Assembly (NCBI GenBank): GCA_965215335.1
Contig: CBDCDA010000001.1
Span: 896,001 to 960,000 of the forward strand
Direction of reading: 5' to 3'
Source: an uncultured Candidatus Entotheonella sp.
GTDB taxonomy: Bacteria > Tectomicrobia > Entotheonellia > Entotheonellales > Entotheonellaceae
DNA: 64,000 nt
Shown: one piece after another, positions 17,735-28,970 of the stretch
How positions within the stretch are numbered: position 1 is the first letter of the stretch
Layout of the letters: the number at the start of each line of letters is the position of its first letter
Program-made: the position numbers and the translations under genes
Notes under the pieces: model-generated
Told to the model about the DNA's origin: nothing
Databases searched by the model: none
The model's input: only the letters and a program-made list of their open reading frames with translations

Positions 17735-18579
17735 TGAAGACCGCCATCCTCGGCCTCCTGGCCGAGACCCCGGTTCACCCCGGCAGCGGCCGCGGCATGG
17801 GCGTGGTGGACCTGCCCGTGGCCCGCGAAGCGGCGACGGACTATCCGGTAATTGTCGGGTCGAGCCTGAAGGGAGCGCTGTCGGACAAGGCGCGAGCCAA
17901 GGGGTTGGCTGATCGTCAACAGCGTTTCGGGACGCAGGAGCAAGGTGGCGACCTGCTGATCTCCGACGGGCGCCTGCTTCTGCTGCCGGTGCGCAGCCTG
18001 ACGTCCTCGTACCGCTGGGCGACCTGTCCACACTTGATCGAACGCTACCGCCGGGACCTTGGCCGTGCGGGTCTGGCGTCGCTGCCAGAGGTTCCCCAGG
18101 TGGACCGTGGCGAGTTTCTGGCGGCGGTCCCCGTGAACCCCGATGGGCAGCTCTTCCTCGAAGAGAGGCAATTCACCGGCGGTGGCGAACCAGTCGAGGC
18201 GCTGGTGGAAACCATCAAGCCGCTGGTGCTCCACGCTGCAACGCAGGCTCGTCTTGAAGCCCGGCTCGCCGTTCTGCACGATGACGATTTCGCCTGGTTC
18301 GCCCGTTACGGCCTGTCTGTCCAGGCGCGTAACGTCCTGGACGACGAAACCAAGAAGAGCCGAAACCTGTGGTACGAAGAAACCCTGCCCCCGGACACGG
18401 TCATGTACGCCCTCGTCATGGGCCGGCGCGAGGCGGCAATTGGCGCCCTGGAGACGCTTTTTCCGGAAGACGACCCCTACCTGCAGGCAGGCGGCAACGA
18501 AACGATCGGGCAAGGCTGGTTCGGGGTCAGCGTGCATCGAACGGAACCGAACCCGAGCGCAGTGGGAGCGACACCTTGA
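17731..18579 (+). CDS. cmr4: Type III-B Cmr4 (target RNA cleavage)
   Basis: TPVHPGSG, VDLPVARE (catalytic Asp), GSSLKG, LLLPVRS, LWYEETLP, GGNETIGQG. Confidence 0.95.
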   Translation: MMKTAILGLLAETPVHPGSGRGMGVVDLPVAREAATDYPVIVGSSLKGALSDKARAKGLADRQQRFGTQEQGGDLLISDGRLLLLPVRSLTSSYRWATCPHLIERYRRDLGRAGLASLPEVPQVDRGEFLAAVPVNPDGQLFLEERQFTGGGEPVEALVETIKPLVLHAATQARLEARLAVLHDDDFAWFARYGLSVQARNVLDDETKKSRNLWYEETLPPDTVMYALVMGRREAAIGALETLFPEDDPYLQAGGNETIGQGWFGVSVHRTEPNPSAVGATP

Positions 18580-18623
18580 AACCGAGTCGTCAGCCCGAAC
18601 CCGGAAAGTCCGACCACGCGACC

Positions 18624-19043
18624 ATGACATCCACCACCCTTGAACAGCAGCGCGCGGCCAGCGCGCTGCAGCGCGTCAACGAACTGGCCGGCCAGTGCGA
18701 CGCCTTCAAGAAACTGTACCGCGCCTACGTCGACCGCCTGGGGCCGACGATCGTCATGAATGGCCTGGGCCAGGCGCTCGCGACCGAGAAGGCCGCCGCC
18801 GGAGCAGACCCCACGTCGCCTCGTGAGAAGGCACACGACAAGCTCTACGAGGGTCTGAATCGCTGGCTCCGTCGGAAAGACGGAGGAGTTTATCCCGCAT
18901 CAGGCCCAGACCTCCTGAAGGCCATCATGACGAACGACGAAACTCTCTATCTGCGTGCGCAGGCCGAAGCTCTGGCATGGCTGGTGTGGCACAAGAAGTT
19001 CTGTCGCGCCATGTTCCCGAAGGGCGAAGGAGACGGTGAGTGA
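18624..19043 (+). CDS. cmr5: Type III-B small subunit Cmr5
   Basis: TLEQQRA, YRAYVDRLGPTIVMNGLGQALA, YLRAQAEALAWLVWHKKF. Confidence 0.9.
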   Translation: MTSTTLEQQRAASALQRVNELAGQCDAFKKLYRAYVDRLGPTIVMNGLGQALATEKAAAGADPTSPREKAHDKLYEGLNRWLRRKDGGVYPASGPDLLKAIMTNDETLYLRAQAEALAWLVWHKKFCRAMFPKGEGDGE

Positions 19044-20125
19044 TGCAGCCGCTCTACGAGACCGCCGGCAAGGTGCCGGCGCGGCGAGACCCGGACGGGC
19101 ATGCCGGATTGTGGTTCGACAAGTTCTGCAACAAGTGGGACGGCAACTGGAACGTGTCGAAAACCGACTGGATCAGCGCCTTTACCGAGTGCGAGGCAGG
19201 AACTCGGAATCAGATCGAAGAGAACGCCTTGCGGCTGCTGCGCCTGGTGCGGCGATGCCGTGGACGAGCGGAGGTCTTTACCACGGCGTCCCGCTTCGTG
19301 ACGGGCCTGGGTCGCAGTCACCCGCTGGAGAACGGCTTCGCGTGGCATCCGACCCTGGGTGTGCCCTATCTGCCGGGCAGTTCGATGAAAGGCATGGTAC
19401 ATGCCTGGACGAAACAGGAGGCCGATCCCGAGGTCTCCGGCGAAACCGCTGCGCCATTGCCTGGATGCCCGGAAAACACCGGACGCGTCATTTTCCTCGA
19501 CGCCATACCCGTTGCGCCGGTCCGGCTCGAAGCGGATATCCTGACGCCGCACTACGCCGGCTGGGATGAAGAATGCCCGCCGGGCGACTGGCGATCTCCC
19601 GTGCCCGTTCCGTTTCTGGTCACCGCCGCTCAGACGCCGTTCCTGTTCGCCGTCATCCCCTGTCGCCACCATTCCAGGAACAACCATGCGGACGACCTGG
19701 AAACCATTTTCGCGTGGCTGCGCTCCGCCCTCGCCTGGGCCGGCGCCGGCGCCAAGACGTCCGTCGGATACGGACGGTTCAGGGCCGACAAAGAGAAAAC
19801 CGATGACTGGGACCGACGGCTCAACATGCAGGAACAAAAGCGACGTGAACAACGTGAACAGGCGGAAGCCAGGAAAACGCCGGCAGGCCGTTGGCGTCTG
19901 GAGCTTGAGGGAAAATCCGAGGAGGGGGTTCTTGAGCTGGTGCGAATCCATCTGGAGAAGGAGCCGTTGCAGGAACCTGCCGAAAAACGTGCCTTCGCGC
20001 AAGCCGTACGTGCTACCGGTCTGTCCGGCGGCTGGCGCCGCGGCGAGAAATGCGAACCGCAAACCCGGGTTGGCAAGAAGAAACTTCAGGAGCGAGACCG
20101 TTTACTTCGAAATGCGCTCCAATGA
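19040..20125 (+). CDS. cmr6: Type III-B RAMP Cmr6 with charged C-terminal extension
   Basis: GLWFDKF, RFVTGLG, GVPYLPGSSMKG, FLDAIP, DILTPHY, GAGAKTSVGYG. Confidence 0.93.
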   Translation: MMQPLYETAGKVPARRDPDGHAGLWFDKFCNKWDGNWNVSKTDWISAFTECEAGTRNQIEENALRLLRLVRRCRGRAEVFTTASRFVTGLGRSHPLENGFAWHPTLGVPYLPGSSMKGMVHAWTKQEADPEVSGETAAPLPGCPENTGRVIFLDAIPVAPVRLEADILTPHYAGWDEECPPGDWRSPVPVPFLVTAAQTPFLFAVIPCRHHSRNNHADDLETIFAWLRSALAWAGAGAKTSVGYGRFRADKEKTDDWDRRLNMQEQKRREQREQAEARKTPAGRWRLELEGKSEEGVLELVRIHLEKEPLQEPAEKRAFAQAVRATGLSGGWRRGEKCEPQTRVGKKKLQERDRLLRNALQ

Positions 20126-20353
20126 AAGAAATCCGTACGGACCCCCCTGGGCGCGCCCGATTACGCCTGCCGCCCGCGGCTGGACGCACGGGAGCGAGAC
20201 GGCCGGTACGAGGCTGGCGTGGCATGGCGGCGCTCCATGAGTCCTTGGCCGGTGGAAGGCTGTCGTCATGCCGTATGGGGTCAGAAGAGCGTGACGATAC
20301 GCCGCGGCTCTTTTACCCACCCCGAGCACAGGCAAATCTGACCATCGACCGGA

Positions 20354-20467
20354 TCAAGCCCCTACAGCGCCGCCTTGTTGCAGCGGCAGGTGCCGATCTG
20401 GTGCAGCGTCGTCTTCCCTGCCGATACGAATGCCGTGATGATGGAGTTCAAGAACCTTGATGGCCAT
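20354..20467 (-). pseudogene. Truncated VOC/glyoxalase-family gene (N-terminus only)
   Basis: AAGGAGA SD then MAIKVLELHHHGIRIG, a VOC-like first strand with metal-binding His, degenerating after ~20 codons. Confidence 0.55.
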
Positions 20468-20590
20468 GTAGGGTCTCCTTGTGCCAAAAGGGGAAGCCAG
20501 GCGCGGGTCATGCCGCCGACCAACGGCTTTCGATGCGCTATTCTGCATGCGCAGGGAGCAGGAAACAAGCCGCCTCGGGCCTCGCGCGCC

Positions 20591-21373
20591 TTACGCAAAG
20601 GCGCGCGGGAACAGACGCCTGGCGTTGGCCGTGGTGGTGCGGGCAACCTCGGCGACGGGTACGTCCTTGAGGGCAGCGATGTGCTGGCAGGACAGCCAGA
20701 CGTTTTCCGGCTCGTTGCGCACGTCCTTTGCGGGGCCCAGAACGGGGGCGTCGGATTCCAGCAGCAGATGCTCCAACGGCAGATGGCGGACCAGCTTCTG
20801 TTTCTGCGGCGAGCGCACGATCGACGGGGGAACGGAAAAAGCGTACCCGGCCTCGATACCGGCGCGGGCGGTGGCGGCCTTGCCGTCGAAGGCGTGCAGC
20901 AGGACCTGCCGGGCGCCGTGCTCCCGCAACCAGGCGATGGCATGACGGCCAGCGGAGCGAGAGTGGACGTTGAGCGGCAGGTCGAGCTCGCGGGACAGCG
21001 CAACGTGCTGGGCCAGAATGTCGCGCTGCACCTCGCGGCCGGCGGCGTCCTGCACCTTCCAGTAATCCAGGCCGACCTCACCGATGGCCGCCAGCCTGTC
21101 CTGATGACGGCGAATGAACGCCAGCATTTCTGCCGCGGCGCCACGATCGAGAAGGGTCGGGTACAGCCCGGCGCAGGGCTTGACGAGCGGGTAGCGGTCG
21201 GCCAGCTCGATGGCCCGCTCCGCCTCCGCCAGGGTCTCGCTGACGCACAGCACCGCTTGTACGCCGCGGTCGGCCGCGCGGCCCAGCACCGCGCCCAGGT
21301 CGTCGGCAAAAGCCGGGGCCTGCAGGTGGGCGTGGGCGTCGAAAAGCGTCAATTCGGAATGGAGGGTTGGCAT
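20591..21373 (-). CDS. tatD: TatD family hydrolase
   Basis: FDAHAHL, IGEVGLDY, LNVHSR, LLHAF, LLESDAP. Confidence 0.9.
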   Translation of the reverse strand: MPTLHSELTLFDAHAHLQAPAFADDLGAVLGRAADRGVQAVLCVSETLAEAERAIELADRYPLVKPCAGLYPTLLDRGAAAEMLAFIRRHQDRLAAIGEVGLDYWKVQDAAGREVQRDILAQHVALSRELDLPLNVHSRSAGRHAIAWLREHGARQVLLHAFDGKAATARAGIEAGYAFSVPPSIVRSPQKQKLVRHLPLEHLLLESDAPVLGPAKDVRNEPENVWLSCQHIAALKDVPVAEVARTTTANARRLFPRAFA

Positions 21374-21579
21374 GGCCTTGTCCTCATGATGCGCGGCCCG
21401 CCGCGCGCCGCATATCCTGCCTGCAGCCCTGTCCGAACGCAACCTGCCTGTCAGGACCGGCTGGCGCTTGACCTCCCTCACCAGCCTTGGTACCGTGCCA
21501 TGGCAACAGCCAGTGTCCACAGCCAGACCCGGCAAGGCAGGCGCCATACAGGGCGAAACGATTGACAGGGAGGGCGGTC

Positions 21580-22953
21580 ATGGACCTCGATGCACGGTAT
21601 TCCAGGCGCGATTTCGTCGCCATGACCGCCGGGTTGGCGGCCATGGGATTGACCACCAGCCTGACGCCGGACCTGTTGCACGCGCAGGCCGGCAGCGACC
21701 TCAAGGGCGTCACCATCGACTACTGGAACATGATCGGGGTGCAGAACCCCATCGTCAAACGCCTTTCCGCCTCGATCATCAAGGCGTTTCAACAGCGCAC
21801 GGGCGCCAGGGTGAGGACGACCTGGGACACCTACGGCAGCATCATCGGCCCCAAGTACCGCACCAATTTCATCGCCGGCAAAATTCCCACGGTGTTCGAC
21901 GGCTCCAACCGCTGGAGCGGCCAGTTGCGCAGCTTCCTGCGGCCCATGAACGACTTTCTCGCCGACCTGGACCCGGAAACGCATGCCGCCATCGCCTGGC
22001 TGCTACCCCTAGTCGAACAGCAGAACCGCGGCTACCCCGACGCCGCTCAGATCTACGATCTCCCCTTTACCCTCATCCCGCAGGCGCCGTTCGTCACCCG
22101 CCGCGACCACTGGGAACAGGCCGGCCTGGACTTCGACCGCAATTGGCCCATCCGCGACACCACGCACCTCCTCGACGTGCTCACCGCCTTGCAGTCCGTA
22201 ACCAGGTATCCTTACGAGGTGTACGGCAAAATCTGGGACGCCGGCGACACCCAACTCAACGGCTGGGTGCGGTCGCTGGACATTCCCAACAGCGACTTCA
22301 TCAACGCCGACTGGAGCCGTTCCACCTGCGACACCGACGCCTGGATGGCCGCGGTGCAGTTCTACGTCGATCTGTACCGCAAGCACGGCTTCTCGTCGCC
22401 GAACACCCCGCAAAGCACCGACGAGGCGGCGGTGGAGCAGCTCATTCGCGGCCAGAAAAGCCTGGTTCACGCCGACATCCTCAACCGCGGCACGATCCTG
22501 CGCCGCCGCCGGCGAGCGATTGAAGACGGCACCATCCAGTGGGGGCCGCACTGTCCGATGGCCGGCGGCACCACCGGCTCGACGGCGTTTTTGGCCATGA
22601 GCTCGTTCAGCATCACCCGGCAGCAGGGACCGGATGCCGCCATCAAGGAGCTGGCCGCCTGGGAGTTCATCAAGGAATGGCTGCTGCCGGAGAATCAGAC
22701 CGCCCTCGCCAAGAGCAGCGGCTTGTGCGCCCGGCGCGACCTGTGGGAGGGGCTGAAAGGCGCCCCGGATCGCCATGTCGAGGCCGTCACCGCCATGCTG
22801 GATAATCCTGGCGTGTGGAGCAACCATGTCAGGAGCGTGGATATCCAGTACAATCTGTTCGCACCGCACATCCAGCAGGCCATGCAGGGAAACGACGTGG
22901 CCCACGAACTGCGCGCTTACGCCGCGGAAGTCAACAAGATTTTGCAATCCTGA
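21580..22953 (+). CDS. Carbohydrate ABC transporter substrate-binding protein (Tat signal)
   Basis: SRRDFV twin-arginine signal; precedes two permeases and an ATPase. Confidence 0.85.
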   Translation: MDLDARYSRRDFVAMTAGLAAMGLTTSLTPDLLHAQAGSDLKGVTIDYWNMIGVQNPIVKRLSASIIKAFQQRTGARVRTTWDTYGSIIGPKYRTNFIAGKIPTVFDGSNRWSGQLRSFLRPMNDFLADLDPETHAAIAWLLPLVEQQNRGYPDAAQIYDLPFTLIPQAPFVTRRDHWEQAGLDFDRNWPIRDTTHLLDVLTALQSVTRYPYEVYGKIWDAGDTQLNGWVRSLDIPNSDFINADWSRSTCDTDAWMAAVQFYVDLYRKHGFSSPNTPQSTDEAAVEQLIRGQKSLVHADILNRGTILRRRRRAIEDGTIQWGPHCPMAGGTTGSTAFLAMSSFSITRQQGPDAAIKELAAWEFIKEWLLPENQTALAKSSGLCARRDLWEGLKGAPDRHVEAVTAMLDNPGVWSNHVRSVDIQYNLFAPHIQQAMQGNDVAHELRAYAAEVNKILQS

Positions 22954-22970
22954 GACAGCGAACCCCCGGA

Positions 22971-23951
22971 ATGCCGATGGCTCGTCAAGAAGCGTTACGT
23001 CCAGCCCGTACCCTCGACATCGGCCCTGCCCTTCCTGCCGCCACGACTGCCAGCCGCCCCAAACCCGCCGGCACCGATCGCTGGCTGATCTGGCTGTTCC
23101 TCTTGCCCACCGTACTGTTTCTCGTCCTGCTGCTGTGGCTGCCGTTCCTGCAGGGCGTCTGGATGAGCTTCCACAAGTGGCCGTTCATCGGCGAGCCGCA
23201 ATGGATCGGCCTGCAGAACTACCGCGACCTGTTCGGGGCGGCGTACTTCTGGACCACCATGCGCGTCACCCTGCTCTACTCGCTGAGCACCGCCCTGCAA
23301 CTGGCCCTGGCCCTCGCCGCCGCGCTGGTGCTGAACCAGTCGTTCATCCGCCTGAAATCCGTGTGGCGCGGCGTCATGCTGATGCCATACGCCATGCCGC
23401 CGGTGGTCGTCGGCGCCATCTGGATGTACCTGCTCGATCCCGACCTCGGCATGGTAACCCACTACCTGCTGCGCTGGGGCATCATTTCCGAACCGATCTA
23501 CTGGTTTTCCGACCCGCTGTGGGCCAAGTGGATCATCATGCTGGTGTCCTCGTGGACGTTCTGGCCTTTCATGTTCATCATCCTGCTGGCGGCCCTGCAA
23601 GCCATCCCCGAAGGCTACTACGAGCTCGCCGAGGTGTACGGCGCCAACCTGTGGCGGCGCTTCCGGGTGGTGACCCTGCCGCACATCCGCGGCGCCATGC
23701 TGGCCGCGGTGATCATCCGCATTGCCTGGAACCTGGCCAAAATCGAACAACCCTTCCAGCTGACCGGCGGCGGCCCGGGCTACGAAACCAGCGTCCTGAG
23801 CATCCTGACCTATCGCTTCGCCTACCTGTCGGGTGATTTTGGCATGGCGTTCACGGTCGGGCTGCTCCTCATCCTGGTCACCTTTGTGCTCATCACGCCG
23901 TTTCTGCGCGGCTTTCAGAAGCAGATCAGGCAGCAGGCGCGGAGGCGCTGA
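22971..23951 (+). CDS. Carbohydrate ABC permease (MalF-like)
   Basis: IGLQNY, transmembrane segments, EAA-like loop YELAEVYGA, TGGGPG. Confidence 0.9.
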   Translation: MPMARQEALRPARTLDIGPALPAATTASRPKPAGTDRWLIWLFLLPTVLFLVLLLWLPFLQGVWMSFHKWPFIGEPQWIGLQNYRDLFGAAYFWTTMRVTLLYSLSTALQLALALAAALVLNQSFIRLKSVWRGVMLMPYAMPPVVVGAIWMYLLDPDLGMVTHYLLRWGIISEPIYWFSDPLWAKWIIMLVSSWTFWPFMFIILLAALQAIPEGYYELAEVYGANLWRRFRVVTLPHIRGAMLAAVIIRIAWNLAKIEQPFQLTGGGPGYETSVLSILTYRFAYLSGDFGMAFTVGLLLILVTFVLITPFLRGFQKQIRQQARRR

Positions 23952-23956
23952 CCTTC

Positions 23957-24793
23957 ATGGCCATGCAGACACCGCGTTCGACCTTCGCGCAGAAAGTGCT
24001 CGGTTACGGCGGCCTCGCCGCGGTTTTGCTGATCGTCCTGATCCCATACGGCTATATCGCCCTCACCGCCTTCAAGCCGGCCGACGAAATTTTCGACGTG
24101 CGCTGGCTGCCCAGGGTCTGGAGCCTGGACGCCTGGCGTTACGCCATCGAGTTCGAACAGTTCCACGTATATATCTACAACAGCATGATCGCCGGGCTGG
24201 GCGCCGCGGTGCTGGCGCTGTGCGTCGCCGTGCCCGGCGCCTACGTGTTCGGGCGCAAGCAGTTCCGCGGCAAGGACGTGATGTTCTACGTCATCGTCAT
24301 GGCGCTGCTGTTTCCCTTCGTGCTGCTCGTCGTGCCCTTCACCATCCTGTGGGTAAAGCTCGGACTGTATGACACCATGCCGGGGCTGTGGCTAGCGTAT
24401 CAGGTGTTCATCATCCCCTTCGCCATCTGGATTCTGCGCGCCTATTTCGCCGAGATGCCACCGTTTCTCGAAGAATGCGCCATGGTCTACGGCTGTACCG
24501 CGTTCAAGGCGTTCTGGCGCGTCATGCTGCCGCTGGCCAAGCCCATCATCACCTCGCTGATGTTTCTCGCCTTTCTGGTCGGCTGGAACGATTTTCTGTT
24601 CTCCAACATGCTGACCACGGGCGAAGGGCCACGCACGGCGTCGGTCATCATCTACGTGTCGGCTGTGGGCGGTGAGCGCGTGGAGTGGGACGTGCTGATG
24701 GTCATGACGCTGATGGCCGGCATCCCGCCGGTGCTGCTCTACATCCTGGCGCAGCGGCAATTCATGAAGACCTTCGCCGTGCGAGGATATTGA
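23957..24793 (+). CDS. Carbohydrate ABC permease (MalG-like)
   Basis: LEECAMVYG EAA loop, WNDFLF. Confidence 0.9.
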   Translation: MAMQTPRSTFAQKVLGYGGLAAVLLIVLIPYGYIALTAFKPADEIFDVRWLPRVWSLDAWRYAIEFEQFHVYIYNSMIAGLGAAVLALCVAVPGAYVFGRKQFRGKDVMFYVIVMALLFPFVLLVVPFTILWVKLGLYDTMPGLWLAYQVFIIPFAIWILRAYFAEMPPFLEECAMVYGCTAFKAFWRVMLPLAKPIITSLMFLAFLVGWNDFLFSNMLTTGEGPRTASVIIYVSAVGGERVEWDVLMVMTLMAGIPPVLLYILAQRQFMKTFAVRGY

Positions 24794-24880
24794 GCGACGT
24801 TACGCACCTGGCAACTCGTGAACCCGTCCTGAAGTGTCTCTTCTGGCGTAACATCACATATCAAGCAAAGGGGTACGGGG

Positions 24881-25978
24881 GTGGCCGGAACCATCGGCAT
24901 TCGGGTACACAATCTTCGCAAGACCTTCCAGCCCGGGCACGTGCGGGCGTGCCGCAACGTCGATCTGCAGCTCGCCGAAGGCGCCCTGATGGTGCTTCTC
25001 GGCCCGTCCGGCTGCGGCAAGACCACGACCCTGCGCTGCATCGCCGGTCTGGAGCAGCCGGATAACGACGACGCCATCTGGGTGAAGGGCCGCAACGTCA
25101 CCCGGCTGCAACCGAAGGACCGCAATCTGGCATTCGTGTTCCAGGACACGGCGCTGTTTCCGCACCTGAGCATCCGGCGCAACATCTCCTTCGGCCTGGA
25201 CATGCACAAGACCTACGGGCGCGCCGAGCGCCAGCGGCGGGTGCAGGAAGTGGCCGAGCTGCTGCATGTCGAGGACCTGCTGGAACGCAAGCCGCACGAG
25301 GTGTCCGGCGGACAGGCGCAACGGGTGGCACTCGGCAGGGCGATCGTCATGGAGCCCGACGCCTTTCTGCTGGACGAGCCCCTTGCCAATCTCGACGCCG
25401 CCCTGCGCGTGGAAATGCGCACGGAAATCAAACGCCTTCAGAAACGCCTCGGCATCTCGACGATCTTCGTGACACACGATCAGGAGGAGGCCCTGTCGCT
25501 CGGCGACGTCATTGCCGTCATGCAGGACGGCGAAGTGCAGCAGGTCGGCACGCCGCACGACATCTACCACGATCCGGCCAATTTCTTCGTCGCCACCTTC
25601 ATCGGCTCGCCGCCACTGAACTGTTTGCCGTGCCACGTGCAAACGGAAAACGGCGCGCTCGGCATCGTCTCCCAGGCATTCCGGTTGCCGGTCGAGGCGG
25701 CCGGCGTGGCGGCGGCGTTGCAGGAACACGGTGCGGTCGTGCTGGGCATCCGACCCGAGTTCATCGCCATCGCCCCCGAACAGCCGGGCACGGTTGCGGC
25801 GCGGGTCTCCCTCATCGAGCCGCTGGGCAGCCGCACGATCATTTTTCTGGAAGCCGCAGGCGTGGAGTTGCGGGCGCTGGTGCAAGGGGAAACGTCCGCG
25901 CATGAGGGGGAAGCGGTGCATCTGCGGCTGGACCTGGAGCGGGCGTTCTTCTTCGACAACACCGGCGACCGGCTGTGA
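24881..25978 (+). CDS. ABC ATPase (MalK-like)
   Basis: GPSGCGKT, SGGQAQRVA, LLDEP, VTHDQ, C-terminal TOBE-like region. Confidence 0.93.
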   Translation: MAGTIGIRVHNLRKTFQPGHVRACRNVDLQLAEGALMVLLGPSGCGKTTTLRCIAGLEQPDNDDAIWVKGRNVTRLQPKDRNLAFVFQDTALFPHLSIRRNISFGLDMHKTYGRAERQRRVQEVAELLHVEDLLERKPHEVSGGQAQRVALGRAIVMEPDAFLLDEPLANLDAALRVEMRTEIKRLQKRLGISTIFVTHDQEEALSLGDVIAVMQDGEVQQVGTPHDIYHDPANFFVATFIGSPPLNCLPCHVQTENGALGIVSQAFRLPVEAAGVAAALQEHGAVVLGIRPEFIAIAPEQPGTVAARVSLIEPLGSRTIIFLEAAGVELRALVQGETSAHEGEAVHLRLDLERAFFFDNTGDRL

Positions 25979-26007
25979 ACCCGCGGCTGAACAAGGAAAA
26001 CCATCGA

Positions 26008-26949
26008 GTGCATTTTGCCGACCGCCTGTGCGCGGCCATCGACGCCAAGGACAGCGCCGTCGTGGTGGGACTCGACCCGCACCCGGAGCGCCTGCCGCCA
26101 CCCCTGCTGGCCGACTGCCGCGCCGAACACGGTGACGGCGTGAGGACGGCCGCGGAGGCGCTGTGGCGCTTCAACCGTGGTATCATCGACGCCGTGCACG
26201 ACGTCGTCCCCGCGGTCAAGCCGCAACTCGCTTTCTACGAGCGCTACGGCGTTGCCGGCTTGCAGGCTTATGCCCGCACGGCGCAATATGCGAAAGCGGC
26301 GGGGCTGCTGGTCATCGCCGACGGCAAGCGTAACGACATCGGCTCGACGGCAAGCGCCTACGCCGAGGCGTTTCTCGGTGCTTCGCGGGTCTTCGACCAA
26401 CCAGTCGTCGGCGACTTCACCGCCGACGCGCTGACCGTCAACCCGTTTCTGGGACGCGACGGCATTCAGCCGTTCGTCGACTGCGCCGATCAGCACGGCC
26501 GCGGCGTGTTCGTGCTGGTCAAAACGTCGAATCCGTCCGCCGGTGACCTGCAGGATTTGCAGATTGGCGGCCAGCCGCTATACGAACATCTCGGTGGCTT
26601 GGTGGAGAACTGGGGTGAAAGCAGCCGCGGGCGGCACGGCTATTCGAGCGTCGGCGCCGTGGTGGGCGCCACCTGGCCCGCGCAGGCGGCCCGCCTGCGC
26701 GCCCTCATGCCGCACACCTTGTTTCTGGTGCCCGGCTACGGCGCCCAGGGCGCTACCGCCGCTGACGTGGCGTGCTGCTTCGACGCGCGCGGGCACGGCG
26801 CCCTGATCAACGCCTCGCGCAGCATCATCTTCGCCTGGCACGCCGAGCCCTACGTGGACCGCTACGCCGCAACCGACTACGGGGCAGCGGCACGCGAGGC
26901 CGCCCAGCGCATGGGCGACGATATCCGCGAGGCAGCGGCGAGGGGCTGA
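26008..26949 (+). CDS. pyrF: Orotidine-5'-phosphate decarboxylase
   Basis: VGLDP, VKPQLAFYE, DGKRNDIGST, VKTSNP, GAVVGAT, LVPGYGAQG, NASRSII. Alternative start GTG 25975. Confidence 0.95.
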   Translation: MHFADRLCAAIDAKDSAVVVGLDPHPERLPPPLLADCRAEHGDGVRTAAEALWRFNRGIIDAVHDVVPAVKPQLAFYERYGVAGLQAYARTAQYAKAAGLLVIADGKRNDIGSTASAYAEAFLGASRVFDQPVVGDFTADALTVNPFLGRDGIQPFVDCADQHGRGVFVLVKTSNPSAGDLQDLQIGGQPLYEHLGGLVENWGESSRGRHGYSSVGAVVGATWPAQAARLRALMPHTLFLVPGYGAQGATAADVACCFDARGHGALINASRSIIFAWHAEPYVDRYAATDYGAAAREAAQRMGDDIREAAARG

Positions 26950-27006
26950 TGATGGCCCGGGTTTTCTGACCACTGGTCACTGTCACGAGGCACAAGGAGA
27001 CCCGCA

Positions 27007-28692
<1,686 letters not shown>

Positions 28693-28894
28693 AGGGTTGG
28701 AACCCAGCAGCCAAGGACCGAGCAGGTCAAGGCACTACGGCGCGAAAAGCGCTTGCAGCACTGCGGAAACTCGACGGGCAGCGGAATCGCTGACGACCCC
28801 GAGGCGCCTGACGAGGCGGGTTTTGTCTGCCGTAAGCTCCCTGTCGAATTCCCGCTGTCAACCGTTTCATCCTGTTAGAGCGTTTTGCATGCGA

Positions 28895-28935
28895 ATGCGG
28901 GTCGGACTGCGCTTGGCGGCCAATCCGACCCGCAT
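28895..28935. repeat. REP-like palindrome
   Basis: Perfect 12-bp arms ATGCGGGTCGGA / TCCGACCCGCAT in intergenic DNA. Confidence 0.6.
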
Positions 28936-28970
28936 ACGGTCGAAATGGACTGCCGAACACGAGAACCCCC

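Noticed and set aside
20591..21373. TatD as a CRISPR accessory nuclease
   Set aside because: Opposite strand, separated by gene remnants, and an ordinary housekeeping-type sequence.
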